From: Candidatus Paceibacter sp.
Lineage (GTDB): Bacteria > Patescibacteriota > Minisyncoccia > UBA9983
Reading direction: 5' to 3'
DNA: 64,000 nt
Assembly (NCBI GenBank): GCA_013360865.1
Contig: JABWAS010000002.1
Location: forward strand, 30,159-94,158
The position numbers and the translations under genes are program-made. The notes beneath the pieces are model-generated. The model saw nothing but the letters and a program-made list of their open reading frames with translations, did no database searches and was not told the DNA's origin. Positions within the stretch are counted from its first letter, which is position 1, and every line of letters begins with the position of its first letter. Below are positions 28,879 to 42,310 of this stretch, piece by piece.

Positions 28879-28928
28879 GGCTTAATTATATCAGCTCCGC
28901 GCCAAATAAAAAAGATTGATTTCTTTGT

Positions 28929-29000
28929 CCTGGCGACTACCTACTTTCCCTCTACGAAGTATCATCGGCACTACGACGTTTTACTTCTGTGTCCCCGCAC
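28929..29000 (-). pseudogene. partial 5S rRNA-like copy (3' half), immediately downstream of the 5S gene
   Basis: Its reverse complement cacagaagtaaaacgtcgtagtgccgatgatacttcgtagagggaaagtaggtagtcgccagg aligns at about 75% identity to the 3' about 65 nt of the adjacent 5S (cacggaagtgaaacgtggtagcggcgatgatactcttttgggggaaagtagctagccgccgg). Confidence 0.5.
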
Positions 29001-29012
29001 TAAAAATTAAAT

Positions 29013-29125
29013 CCTCTGAACCGGCGGCTAGCTACTTTCCCCCAAAAGAGTATCATCGCCGCTACCACGTTTCACTTCCGTGTTCGGAATGGGAACGGGT
29101 GGTTCCGTGGCGCCAAGCCACCGAA
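29013..29125 (-). rRNA. rrf: 5S ribosomal RNA
   Basis: The reverse complement contains the conserved ccgaacacggaagtgaaac and gcgatgatact...gggaaagtag 5S segments. Confidence 0.8.
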
Positions 29126-29291
29126 TCAGAAGATTCAAAATTTAATAATAGCCCTATTTTAGTGCGGGGCAAGTCGGAATGCCTGTCCCGTAATCAGCTT
29201 CGCTGTATTTGGGAAGAACAGGTAGTTCCATCGCGTTAAGTCACCAGGACGCAAAAATCAATCCATACGATAAGATTAAGCGGCATTATAA

Positions 29292-29373
29292 TTTACCCCG
29301 TGAAATAAATTTTGTTTTTGGAAACAAAATTTGATTTTTAAATTCCGATTTAAAAATCATTTCACAGGGTGAA
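29292..29373. repeat. MITE-like inverted-repeat element, family 3, copy in the 23S-5S spacer
   Basis: tttaccccgtgaaataaattttg ... aaaaatcatttcacagggtgaac. The ends are inverted repeats and match 41553..41704 and 33379..33428. Confidence 0.5.
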
Positions 29374-29394
29374 CTTTACAGGTTTCCTAATAGG

Positions 29395-32928
<3,534 letters not shown>

Positions 32929-33444
32929 GAAACCTATAAAGTTCAATCCTGTTAAATTCCACAAAACGGGAGCGACTCGCCCCCATTTAACAGGACTTAT
33001 TTTTTTACCTGCTATACCCTAAAACCAAGACCCCTCGGTTTTAGGGCTGTCCCGTCGATTCTTAATAACGGGACAAATCTTATCGTATTCTGTTTTCAAT
33101 TTGCATTCCTTTCTGAAAAAATATCCCGCTGAAAGCGGGACAGCAACATGATATATCAGAACGACTAGGTCCGCTTTCTTTTTGATGAGATATTTTTATT
33201 GCATATCATCTACGCGCGTTAGTATATACCCTCCGTTTAAAAGAGTCAACACACCATTACAAGTTCAATTTAACGCGTTGGTTGTTCTAGTTTTTCTGCG
33301 AAATCGCCTTCGGCTTTGTTTGAGGAAAACTTACGACAAAAAAGAAACTTGTAACGGGGCAAGCCCCCAATAAAAAATGCCCCACGAAATTCATAAAATT
33401 CCACAGGGCATTTCACGGGGTGAACCCCAACAAAACAAGACAGC

Positions 33445-34122
33445 TTAGTGTTCTCCGTTTACGTCCTTTTTCAACTTCTCAATGTATTTGGCCGCGGCGT
33501 CTCTGCCTCCCAAACCGAAAGCCAAACCTCCGGCTATGGCGACCATCGCCACAAAGCCGGTAAAGAGAGTCTGGGCGAAAGCCCCGGCAATTCCAAGCTG
33601 ATAAAGAGCGGCCAGTATGGCGAATGCCCAGATGGACCATTTGGTTATCCCCCCGAGCAAGTGGGTGGAAGGAGAACCGGCCGCTTTAGCCGAACCGACG
33701 ACAAGTCTGTGCATGGCTTGGGCGATAAAAGCCGCCGCCACCAGAATCAAGGCCGCCACGATGACATTGGGCAAGTAGTCCAAAACGACGTTCTTGAGGA
33801 AATCGTTTACGTCGCTGAGCCCGATGATATCCAAAGAAGCGATAAGGAAAACAACTATCAGAAACCATTTGACCAAACCTCCGATGAAATGTCCCGAGTC
33901 CAAAGTAAAACCTCCCTTGTGCAGAAGGTCGTCAACCCCGACGGATTGAAGCGCTTTGTCCACCCTTAAGGTGCTGATGGCGCGGGCAACGAATTTGCCG
34001 ACCACGGAAGCCACGATAAGACCGACGATGAAAACTATTATAGCCATCAGAAGCTGGGGCGCGAACAACACCACGCCGTCCCAAAGTTCCTGGAAAGATT
34101 GCACTAAAACATCACTCCACAT
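33445..34122 (-). CDS. membrane protein with duplicated conserved TM-helix domain (MscS N-terminal-like)
   Basis: 225 aa with four hydrophobic helices and an internal duplication. Confidence 0.45.
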   Translation of the reverse strand: MWSDVLVQSFQELWDGVVLFAPQLLMAIIVFIVGLIVASVVGKFVARAISTLRVDKALQSVGVDDLLHKGGFTLDSGHFIGGLVKWFLIVVFLIASLDIIGLSDVNDFLKNVVLDYLPNVIVAALILVAAAFIAQAMHRLVVGSAKAAGSPSTHLLGGITKWSIWAFAILAALYQLGIAGAFAQTLFTGFVAMVAIAGGLAFGLGGRDAAAKYIEKLKKDVNGEH

Positions 34123-34248
34123 AATATTTTAAATTAAATAAACTTATGCTTATAAATGATGGCGCCTAAGCGACTGACACCATCGTTAAATCACTATGGC
34201 AATATTATACAACAAAAACCGGTTTTGGTTTTTGCAAGCTGTGAATAA

Positions 34249-34343
34249 GTTTACCCCCACACCTGTTTTAGCGCTGTGAAGCGTTTTTTCAAAGAAACTT
34301 CGGCTTTGCAAAAATAACACGAAAACAGGTGTGGGGGTTTACT
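34249..34343. repeat. MITE-like inverted-repeat element, family 2, copy B
   Basis: 17-bp perfect inverted repeat acccccacacctgtttt / aaaacaggtgtgggggt separated by 53 nt. The internal gctgtgaagcg resembles copy A gttgcgaagca. Confidence 0.55.
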
Positions 34344-34465
34344 CCGTTACAAGTTTGCAGTTTTTTGACAATTAACCACCGACGAAGCCGAAGGCGGCTT
34401 CGCGTAAAACTTTAAAATAACCAAAGATGAATAGTTGAACTTGTAATGGGATTTACCGCGTGTTT

Positions 34466-35440
34466 TTAGAGGTATTTTTTAAGCGTTTCCAGGTGTTTAA
34501 CCAGCATGGCGGCGTAGCCGTATTCATTGTCGTACCAGGAAAGAACTTTGACCAGATTGCCGCTTGCCACGCGGGTAAAAGCCGCGTCCACGATGGAGCC
34601 GTAAGGCTCTCCGACAATATCGGAAGAAACAATTTGCTCGTTGGAAACTTTGATTATTCCGTTCCAGCGCGGCAGCAATGATTTCTCCGCCAGTATTTTG
34701 TTGACTTCTTCGGCCGAAGTTTCCCGTCCGCTTATAAAAGTAATGTCCGCCAGAGAGCCGGAAGGAACGGGCACCCTCACCGCCACCCCGTCAAACCTGC
34801 CTTCCATTTCCGGCAAGGCTTTGGCGGCGGCGACGGCGGCTCCGGTGCTGGATGGAGAAATATTGAGAGCTCCCGCCCTGCCCCGCCTCCAGTCTCTAGC
34901 ATCCGGTCTGTCCACTATCCCCTGTGTGGCAGTGTAGGCGTGGACGGTGTTGAGCAGCGCGCTTTTGATGCCCAGCTCTTCGTCCAGAATCGCCAAAACA
35001 GGAGTGACGGCGTTGGTGGTGCAGGAAGCGTTGGAAGTTATTTTAAACTTGGCTATGTCTTTAGAGCAAACCTCCGGAGTAAAGGTAAGGGTTTTATCGT
35101 CTTTGACCGGCGCGGTGATGACAACCCTTTTCGCTCCGACGTTAAGGTGCGGCTCCGACTTCTCGTAAGAATCAAAAAATCCGGTGGACTCCACGACAAC
35201 GTCAACGTCCAACTTGCCCCACGGCAGCTTAGAAGTATCTTTTTCCTGAAAAAATTTTATCCGGCTGAAATATTCCGGCAATTCAAATTTTCCGTAAACC
35301 GAGTCATGCTCAAGCAAATAAGTTAAATTTTCCCTGTCCGCCAAGTCGTTTACGGCCACGATGTCAAAATTTTTATTCGCCGAAGCCTGCCGATAAAGAA
35401 TCCTGCCTATTCGCCCAAACCCGTTGATGGCTATCTTCAT
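34466..35440 (-). CDS. gap: type I glyceraldehyde-3-phosphate dehydrogenase
   Basis: NGFGRIGR NAD-binding motif and active site ASCTTNA. 324 aa. Confidence 0.9.
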   Translation of the reverse strand: MKIAINGFGRIGRILYRQASANKNFDIVAVNDLADRENLTYLLEHDSVYGKFELPEYFSRIKFFQEKDTSKLPWGKLDVDVVVESTGFFDSYEKSEPHLNVGAKRVVITAPVKDDKTLTFTPEVCSKDIAKFKITSNASCTTNAVTPVLAILDEELGIKSALLNTVHAYTATQGIVDRPDARDWRRGRAGALNISPSSTGAAVAAAKALPEMEGRFDGVAVRVPVPSGSLADITFISGRETSAEEVNKILAEKSLLPRWNGIIKVSNEQIVSSDIVGEPYGSIVDAAFTRVASGNLVKVLSWYDNEYGYAAMLVKHLETLKKYL

Positions 35441-35469
35441 AAATTAAATTATACCAATTAAAAATTAAC

Positions 35470-36096
35470 TTAAAACATAATATCCTCCTCCGCTCTTTTA
35501 TAATCGTGAATTTCTTTTTTAGAAAACCAGAGGGCAATCTCGTTGGCCGCTTCCTCCGGCGTCTCCGAAGCGTGGATGATGTTGCGCAACGAACGTTTGT
35601 TGAGATTGGCCTGAACCGGCGAATCCACGGAAAAATCTCCCCTTATAGTCCCCATGTCCGCGACATTAGGCAAACTGTTGCCGCAAATTTTTCTCACCAT
35701 ATCCACGGCGTGCACTCCCTCCACGACCCCCTTAACCATCGGTCCGCTGGTCATAAAGTCCAGCACCCACTCCCGTATCATTTTGCCGATTTTTTCCGGC
35801 TCGTCGGTGCCCAGTTTTTCTTTCGGGTCAACGCCATATTGTTTGTAGTTGGCCAACGATTTTTCTCCCAGCCTTTTTATCCACGCTTCGTCTTTGGGGT
35901 AATGTTTGTCCACTTCTTCCCTTGCCGCCCATATCATATTAAGGGCGATTATCTTAAGGCCTCGTTTTTCAAAACGGGAGATGATTTCCCCGACCAGCCC
36001 TCTTTTGACTCCGTCCGGCTTGATGATAAAAACTGTCTTCTCCTGTTTTGGGTTACGCATAGCAAATATTTTAATCCCTTTTTCTTCAGTCGGCAA
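35470..36096 (-). CDS. ndk: nucleoside-diphosphate kinase (with internal insertion)
   Basis: TVFIIKPDGV, RFEKRGLKI, MTSGPMV and IRGDF...NIIHASE (catalytic His). 208 aa. Confidence 0.75.
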   Translation of the reverse strand: MPTEEKGIKIFAMRNPKQEKTVFIIKPDGVKRGLVGEIISRFEKRGLKIIALNMIWAAREEVDKHYPKDEAWIKRLGEKSLANYKQYGVDPKEKLGTDEPEKIGKMIREWVLDFMTSGPMVKGVVEGVHAVDMVRKICGNSLPNVADMGTIRGDFSVDSPVQANLNKRSLRNIIHASETPEEAANEIALWFSKKEIHDYKRAEEDIMF

Positions 36097-36949
36097 TAGA
36101 AATTCTCTCTCCGTCGCTAAAAATTTTTATCGTTCCCTCTTCGTCCGTCCGCAAAACCGGCGTCTCAAACTTTTCCAGCCTTTCCATAATCTCCTTATGC
36201 GGATGACCGTATTTATTTTCCGCGCCGGCGGAAATAACGGCGAAATCCGGGCTGACGCTTCCCAAAAACATTTCCGAAGTGGAGGTGCGCGAACCATGAT
36301 GACCAACTTTCAGAACGTTGCTTTTTAAATTTCGCGCGCCCGGCGCCAGCAGATAATTTTCCAGGTTGTCTTCCATATCGCCCGTCAGTAAAAAAGAATT
36401 ATTTTTGTAAACCAATTTTGAAACGACCATTGCGTCATGGGGAGGAATATTTTTATCGTTTATTACGGGCAGGAGAATGTCCAGATAAGCGCCGCCGCCG
36501 AGATTTATTTTCATCCCTCTTTTCGCCTGGGCATAAAAAGACTTCTCCGCTTCAACCGCTTTTTGGTAATCGGCGAACCCGGACGATTCATCATTTTCCG
36601 AACCGGAATCCAGAATCAATCCGACTTTATATTTTCTCAAAACGTTTATAAGGCCACCGTAATGGTCCAGGTGCGGATGGGTAAGAATAACGGCGTCAAT
36701 CGTACGGTCGTAAAACGGCATTATTCTGGAAAGCTGTCTTAAAACCGTTTTATTAGGTGGCCCGCCGTCCACCATAATTTGTTTTCCATCAAGTGTTTGA
36801 ATAAAAACAGCGTCGCCCTGCCCCACGTCAAGAAAAGCGACCAATAAATCTTTTCTAGTCTCCTTAAAAACGGCGTACCAGACAAAAACAGCCGCCAAAA
36901 ACAGCAGACCGAGAAAATAATATCGGAGGTTTTTATTAATTTTGGACAT
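36086..36949 (-). CDS. MBL-fold metallo-hydrolase (stand-alone ComEC C-terminal beta-lactamase-like domain)
   Basis: ILTHPHLDHYGG and VGHHGS motifs. N-terminal TM. Confidence 0.65.
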   Translation of the reverse strand: MSKINKNLRYYFLGLLFLAAVFVWYAVFKETRKDLLVAFLDVGQGDAVFIQTLDGKQIMVDGGPPNKTVLRQLSRIMPFYDRTIDAVILTHPHLDHYGGLINVLRKYKVGLILDSGSENDESSGFADYQKAVEAEKSFYAQAKRGMKINLGGGAYLDILLPVINDKNIPPHDAMVVSKLVYKNNSFLLTGDMEDNLENYLLAPGARNLKSNVLKVGHHGSRTSTSEMFLGSVSPDFAVISAGAENKYGHPHKEIMERLEKFETPVLRTDEEGTIKIFSDGERISIAD

Positions 36950-36996
36950 CTCTTGTCAATATTGAGAGGACATTAGCCCTGCCTTATAATTCCGTC

Positions 36997-37920
36997 ATGG
37001 ATATTATATCAATTATTCTGGTCATCGGCGGCCTGTGTTTGTTTGAAACGATAACCAGCATAGACAACGCCATTATCAACGCGGAAGTTCTCCATACAAT
37101 GAAGGAGAAAGCCCGCCGATGGTTTCTGCTTTGGGGACTTATTATCGCCGTGTTTCTCATCAGGGGTATTCTGCCCTGGCTGATAGTCTGGATAAGCACC
37201 CCGCAGCTCGGTCCGATAGGCGCCCTGACCGCCGCCTTCAGCAACGACCCGAGCGTGCCGCGAGCCATAGAAAAATCCGCTCCGATAATTCTTATAGGCG
37301 GAGGGGTGTTTATGATTCTGCTTTTTTTGCACTGGCTGTTTCTGGAGCCGAAGAAATACGGCCTGCGGGGAGAAAAATTTTTCCACGAAAAAGGAGTCTG
37401 GTTTTTCGCCATCGCTTCCGTCGTCCTGTCCGCCATAGTTTGGTTTGCCCTCAAGCAAAACCCGTTTATGGCCTTTGGCGCGGTGCTCGGCTCCACCGCT
37501 TTCTTCATCACCCACGGCTTTAAACAAAACGCCGAGCAGAAAGAAAAAGAAATGTTGCGCGACGGCTATTCCGACCTGGCCAAAATATTTTATTTGGAAG
37601 TGATAGACGCCACTTTCTCCATAGACGGGGTGCTGGGCGCCTTCGCCTTCACTCTTTCCGTGCCTTTAATTTTAATCGGCAACGGTATTGGCGCGTTTGT
37701 GGTACGACAGCTCACTATCGGCAATATTGATAGGATTAAAAAATACATTTATCTCAAAAACGGGGCGATGTACTCGGTCTTGCTTCTGGGGTTGATAATG
37801 GTTTTGGACAGCTTCGGCTTCCACATCCCCAACTGGGTTTCGCCCGTAGCCACATCCTTTGCCGTGGGCTACTTCTTCTGGAAATCAAACAACCATAATA
37901 AAAAGGCTATCGCTGTGTAA
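36997..37920 (+). CDS. TerC-family integral membrane protein
   Basis: MDIISIILVIGGLCLFETITSIDNAIINA N-terminus with multiple TM helices. 307 aa. It converges on the ComEC gene with a 52-nt overlap. Confidence 0.55.
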   Translation: MDIISIILVIGGLCLFETITSIDNAIINAEVLHTMKEKARRWFLLWGLIIAVFLIRGILPWLIVWISTPQLGPIGALTAAFSNDPSVPRAIEKSAPIILIGGGVFMILLFLHWLFLEPKKYGLRGEKFFHEKGVWFFAIASVVLSAIVWFALKQNPFMAFGAVLGSTAFFITHGFKQNAEQKEKEMLRDGYSDLAKIFYLEVIDATFSIDGVLGAFAFTLSVPLILIGNGIGAFVVRQLTIGNIDRIKKYIYLKNGAMYSVLLLGLIMVLDSFGFHIPNWVSPVATSFAVGYFFWKSNNHNKKAIAV

Positions 37921-39359
37921 CTTAAAATCACAAGCGCCTCTGAAAAGCCTTGGATGTTTACCGCTGAAAACGGCAGTTTGGCGAAAATATCCACGACAAA
38001 CAATTCATATTGAAGCAAAGCGTAGCTGATCCAGCCGAGCGGCGCGGCCAATATGCCACTGAATATTCCTAAAATTCCGGTGGCAAAGCCGAAGAACATC
38101 GTCATCGGGATAAACGGCAAGATTAAAAAATTAACAGGCAAGCTTACAATGGAAAACAGTCCTGTTTTATAAACCAATAGAGGCAGGACGAAAATTTGCG
38201 CCGAAATGGTGGCGGCAAAAATTTCCCGCAGATTGAATTTGTCGGTGATAAAAAACAGTTTCTCCTTTACAAAAGGCGAAAGATAAATGAGTCCAAGCGT
38301 GGCCAGAAATGAAAGATGGAAAGAAGTATCAAATCTCAAAATTTTGGGATTTTGCAAAACCATGAAGAAACCGGCCAGAAACAGCGCCCAGGAGGCGGCG
38401 TAAATCCTGCCCGTGGACCGGGCGGCCAACGCCAGCAACGCCATAACGGAAGCGCGCAAAACGGTGGCCGAAGCGCCAGTCATTACCGCAAACAAAATCA
38501 CTCCGGTTGCTCCCCCGCCAATCGCCAGATACCGCGGCAGAAAACTGAAAAACAGCATTACGGCTTCCGCCACGATGGTAATGTTGTAGCCGGACAAAGC
38601 GACGATATGCGCCACGCCGGTCGTTCTGAAATCTTCCTGCAAGTTTTTCGGCAGGCTTTCTCTGGCGCCGACGGTTATGCCGCCCAGGAAAGCGGCGTGC
38701 GGCTCCGGCACGGAATCCGATATAGCCGTCAAAAATTTCCGCTTCAAATCAAATAACTTTTCCTTAACCCAAAAACCGTTTCCAGAAGAAACAAATTCAA
38801 CCTGCGGATAAAACATCTCGTAATAAATTCCGTCTTTGGCCAGATAAGCGGGCCAGGAGAAATTGTTTGCTCCATCAAGGGGTTTCCTTGATTTCCTAAT
38901 CAAGGAAACCCCTTGATGGTAATCTTCCGGTTTTTTTAAGACACCGCTGATTTTTAACTTGTCGCCGTATTTGTATTCGGGATATTTTTGGGCATAGACC
39001 AGGATTTTTGAATTGTTTTCTTCCTCCTCAAAAACAAACCTCAAATAATTTTCTTTTTCCTCTGGCTCGTCAACTATAATTCCCGCCAAAACAGATATTT
39101 GCCCCATCTTTGATTCCATCAACGGATTTTCTCCGCCAAAATCGCTGATGCCGTACCTTAATTGCCCGAGTCCGCACGAAACAAAAATCAGTCCGGCGGC
39201 CAAAAAAATTTTCACCCGATTAAAACCGTAAAACAGGAAAAAACATCCGCCTAAAAAAATAAAAAGTGCCGCCAACACCCAGCCGAAATCAACAAAGGAA
39301 GAAACAAAAATCCCCGATATAAAACCGGAAATAATAGTAGTCAAATATTTACGCGGCAT
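37869..39359 (-). CDS. comEC: DNA internalisation competence protein ComEC/Rec2 (membrane domain only)
   Basis: 496 aa, polytopic, with conserved competence-domain stretches (LSGYNITIVAEAVM...LLALAARS). Confidence 0.7.
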   Translation of the reverse strand: MPRKYLTTIISGFISGIFVSSFVDFGWVLAALFIFLGGCFFLFYGFNRVKIFLAAGLIFVSCGLGQLRYGISDFGGENPLMESKMGQISVLAGIIVDEPEEKENYLRFVFEEEENNSKILVYAQKYPEYKYGDKLKISGVLKKPEDYHQGVSLIRKSRKPLDGANNFSWPAYLAKDGIYYEMFYPQVEFVSSGNGFWVKEKLFDLKRKFLTAISDSVPEPHAAFLGGITVGARESLPKNLQEDFRTTGVAHIVALSGYNITIVAEAVMLFFSFLPRYLAIGGGATGVILFAVMTGASATVLRASVMALLALAARSTGRIYAASWALFLAGFFMVLQNPKILRFDTSFHLSFLATLGLIYLSPFVKEKLFFITDKFNLREIFAATISAQIFVLPLLVYKTGLFSIVSLPVNFLILPFIPMTMFFGFATGILGIFSGILAAPLGWISYALLQYELFVVDIFAKLPFSAVNIQGFSEALVILSYTAIAFLLWLFDFQKK

Positions 39360-39362
39360 AAA

Positions 39363-39827
39363 CTAAAACAATTTTGGGTTTTGGCGCTTGGAATTTGGAA
39401 TTTCTCCCTCATCCATCGCCTCGTTGGCCAGTCTGTCCGCCTCCTTGTTTTGCTCGCGGGGAATTTCCGTAAATTTTATCGGCCCGAAGTCCATTCTAAG
39501 ATTCCAGATTTTGATAAAAAGCGGAAAAAGTTTTTCCTCCTCAATGCGGTATTGTCCGTTTAACTGGCGGGCGATCAGCTGACTGTCCATTTTGAATTCA
39601 ATTTCCATCTGTTTTACTTTTTCCTTGCCGAATAAGGCCTTAAGCTTTTGCAGGGCGAAGACAACCGCTTCGTATTCGGCCTCGTTGTTGGTTTTTACGC
39701 CTAAAAAATTGGAGTACCCCTTGATGAGATTTCCTTTTTCGTCGGTTATCGCCACACCTATTCCCGCCGGGCCGGGGTTGCCCCGCGAGCCGCCGTCGGT
39801 GTAAACGATTATTTTTTCTTTTTTCAT
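39363..39827 (-). CDS. rnhA: ribonuclease HI
   Basis: IVYTDGGSRGNPGPAGIGVAI N-terminus with conserved DEDD residues. 154 aa. Confidence 0.8.
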   Translation of the reverse strand: MKKEKIIVYTDGGSRGNPGPAGIGVAITDEKGNLIKGYSNFLGVKTNNEAEYEAVVFALQKLKALFGKEKVKQMEIEFKMDSQLIARQLNGQYRIEEEKLFPLFIKIWNLRMDFGPIKFTEIPREQNKEADRLANEAMDEGEIPNSKRQNPKLF

Positions 39828-39839
39828 TAATTTAAATTT

Positions 39840-41549
39840 TCAAACCATTTTTATATCCTCTATCCGCAGGCGCAATTCTCTCCTGCCACGGAAGTCGTTT
39901 CTTTCCAGCGAGGCCGCCAGATTTATTTTCTGCCCGCTTCGCAATCCGCTAAAATCGCCGCCCCTGAAAAATCCCACCGCCGAAATGTTCTCCCCGCCGC
40001 TTTTTTTGAAATTAATCTGGAGATGCGCGTCGCCGTTGCCGAATTTCCTCACCTCACTTATCGGCAAATCGTAAAAGGCGAAGACCGGCTTTTCGTTTTC
40101 CACCCCGAACGGACGCAATTTTTCCAAAAAAGAATAAAACTGCCAGTTCATATCGTCAATTTTCATCTCTCCGTCTATAAAAATAAAACCGTTTTCTACG
40201 TTATCGCGCGGATAAGACTCAAACCTGTCCAAAATCTGCTCGCCCAACTCATCTTCCCGTCCGTCGTTTAAGGTAAATCCTCCAGAAAAAGCGTGTCCGC
40301 CAAAGTCGCTGAAGAATTCTCTAGGCAACCCTCCCATAAAATCAACCAAGTTGATTGAGCCGTTGCTGCGGCAGGAACCTCTTATCTTATCGGCCCGGCC
40401 CCTTCCCCACAGGAACACCGGGCAACCGTACTTTTCCATAATTTTATTGGCCGCGATTCCCAAAACGCCCGGATACCAGTCCGCGCTGCCATCTACTATT
40501 ATCTTTGGGCTTTCTTCCCGTCCGATTTTATTCATTACCGCTGATGATATTTTTTCCACCTGATTTTTCCTGTCCGCCGTCAAAAGCTCCAATCTGCCGC
40601 TTATCCAGTCGGCTTCCTTTTCTGAGTCGGTGGTCAAAAGATTGTAGCCCAAAGTGGCGTGGTCCATCCGGCCGGCCACGTTTATGCGCGGAGAAATTAG
40701 AAAGGCCAGATCCTCTTCGTTTATAATGGAAGGGTTGATGCCCAGTCTGTTATAAAAAGAGATTAGCCCCGATCTCTGCGTTTTCGGCATCACTTTTCTT
40801 AAACCGTAAAGAGTAAGCACCCTGTTTTCCCCGACAAGCGGCACCATATCCGCCACGGTCGCCACCGCCACCAGATCAAGAAGCCATCTTTCCCAGCCGG
40901 GCACTATATTGAAGCCGCCCCGGGCGACGAGAGCGCAAACAGTTTTAAACGCCAGTCCGGCTCCGCACAGAAATTTGAACGGGTAATTATCATCTTCTTT
41001 TTTCGGATCAATTATGGCGCAAGCCGGAGGAGTTTTACCATCCTGAACGAGATGGTGGTCTATTACCACCACGTCCATACCTGAAGCATTTGCCTTTTCT
41101 ATCTCTTTGCCGTTGGTTACACCGCAATCAACGGTTATGAGCAAGGAAGTCCCGGCGCGGGCGAATTCGTCAACCGCTTTCTCGTTCAGACCGTAGCCCT
41201 CCAGAAACCTGTCCGGAATGTGGACGTGGAAGTTTTCGAATCCGGTTTTTTTGAAAAAGTCGTGGAATATGACGCAGGAGCAGATTCCGTCGGCGTCATA
41301 ATCGCCGAAAACGGTTATCTTCTCGTTATTTTTCATCGCGCGGGAAATTCTCTCTACGGCCTTATCCATTCCGTCCAGCAAAAACGGATCGTGTAGCCCG
41401 CCGTCATAAGCGGGGTTTAAAAATTCTTCGGCCTCCTTTTTTGTTTTAACGCCTTTGTGAAAAAGTATTTTCCGAAACGGATCCGGCCACTCTGCCAGTT
41501 CTCTTGCCGCGTCTTCCGGAACTATGTCTTTGACCAACCATTGCTTCAT
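39840..41549 (-). CDS. recJ: single-stranded-DNA-specific exonuclease RecJ
   Basis: DHH motifs (GDYDADGI, VVIDHH) and the DHHA1 GGHAFSGG motif. 569 aa. Confidence 0.85.
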   Translation of the reverse strand: MKQWLVKDIVPEDAARELAEWPDPFRKILFHKGVKTKKEAEEFLNPAYDGGLHDPFLLDGMDKAVERISRAMKNNEKITVFGDYDADGICSCVIFHDFFKKTGFENFHVHIPDRFLEGYGLNEKAVDEFARAGTSLLITVDCGVTNGKEIEKANASGMDVVVIDHHLVQDGKTPPACAIIDPKKEDDNYPFKFLCGAGLAFKTVCALVARGGFNIVPGWERWLLDLVAVATVADMVPLVGENRVLTLYGLRKVMPKTQRSGLISFYNRLGINPSIINEEDLAFLISPRINVAGRMDHATLGYNLLTTDSEKEADWISGRLELLTADRKNQVEKISSAVMNKIGREESPKIIVDGSADWYPGVLGIAANKIMEKYGCPVFLWGRGRADKIRGSCRSNGSINLVDFMGGLPREFFSDFGGHAFSGGFTLNDGREDELGEQILDRFESYPRDNVENGFIFIDGEMKIDDMNWQFYSFLEKLRPFGVENEKPVFAFYDLPISEVRKFGNGDAHLQINFKKSGGENISAVGFFRGGDFSGLRSGQKINLAASLERNDFRGRRELRLRIEDIKMV

Positions 41550-41552
41550 AAA

Positions 41553-41704
41553 TTTACCCTGTGAAATAAAATTTGATTAGTTGATAGTTAATAGTTAATT
41601 ATTAGCAGGTGGTATGTTTTATAAACTTGTTAAATTTATTTAAAAAAATAATCAAATTTTGATTTTTTAATTGAAAATTAAAAAATCATTTCACGGGGTA
41701 AATT
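41553..41704. repeat. MITE-like inverted-repeat element, family 3, copy in the recJ/HIT divergent region
   Basis: ttaccctgtgaaataaaatttgatt ... aaaaatcatttcacggggtaaat. The ends cross-match the 29292..29373 copy. Confidence 0.5.
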
Positions 41705-41768
41705 ATATCACAAAGAAAGAAAGACATAATCTTAATAATTCACACTTTTTGTGTTATAAAATAGATAT

Positions 41769-42179
41769 ATGAATAATTGTGTTTTTTGCAAAATAATAAA
41801 CGGCGAGATTCCAGCGGATAAAATTTACGAAGACGCCGATTTTTTGGCTTTCCTGGACATCAACCCCATCAATTCGGGACACGCGCTTTTGATACCGAAA
41901 ACCCACTACGAAAATCTCTATAATATCCCGGATAAAGTTTTGTCGGCCATCGCTCCGCTTATTAAAAAACTGGCCGTTGCCGTAAAACAAGGAATAAACG
42001 CCGACGGCATAAACATAGGCATGAACAATGATTCTGCCGCCGGCCAAGTTGTTCCCCATGCCCATTTTCACATCATCCCCCGATTTTCTGACGACGGCTT
42101 GCGCCACTGGCCGGGCAAACCGTACGCCAACAAAGAAGAAGCCGCCGAAATGGTAAAAAAGATAAAAAGTGGAATTTAA
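41769..42179 (+). CDS. HIT family nucleotide hydrolase
   Basis: Histidine triad HAHFHIIP. 136 aa. Confidence 0.8.
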   Translation: MNNCVFCKIINGEIPADKIYEDADFLAFLDINPINSGHALLIPKTHYENLYNIPDKVLSAIAPLIKKLAVAVKQGINADGINIGMNNDSAAGQVVPHAHFHIIPRFSDDGLRHWPGKPYANKEEAAEMVKKIKSGI

Positions 42180-42310
42180 TATCGTTTGCGACCCGCCCGC
42201 CACGACTGCCGTCGGGCATGTCGGGCGCGGCGCCTTGCGCAGTCCACCAGAGGCGGAAGCAGAGCAAATTTCAGCCCCGACGAACGTCGGGACGAGCCGA
42301 GCAAATGATG

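Noticed and set aside
36984-37527. ORFs 36984..37511 (-) and 37009..37527 (-) antisense to the TerC-family gene.
   Set aside because: They overlap a polytopic membrane protein gene with clear TerC-like sequence and lack motifs or start context.
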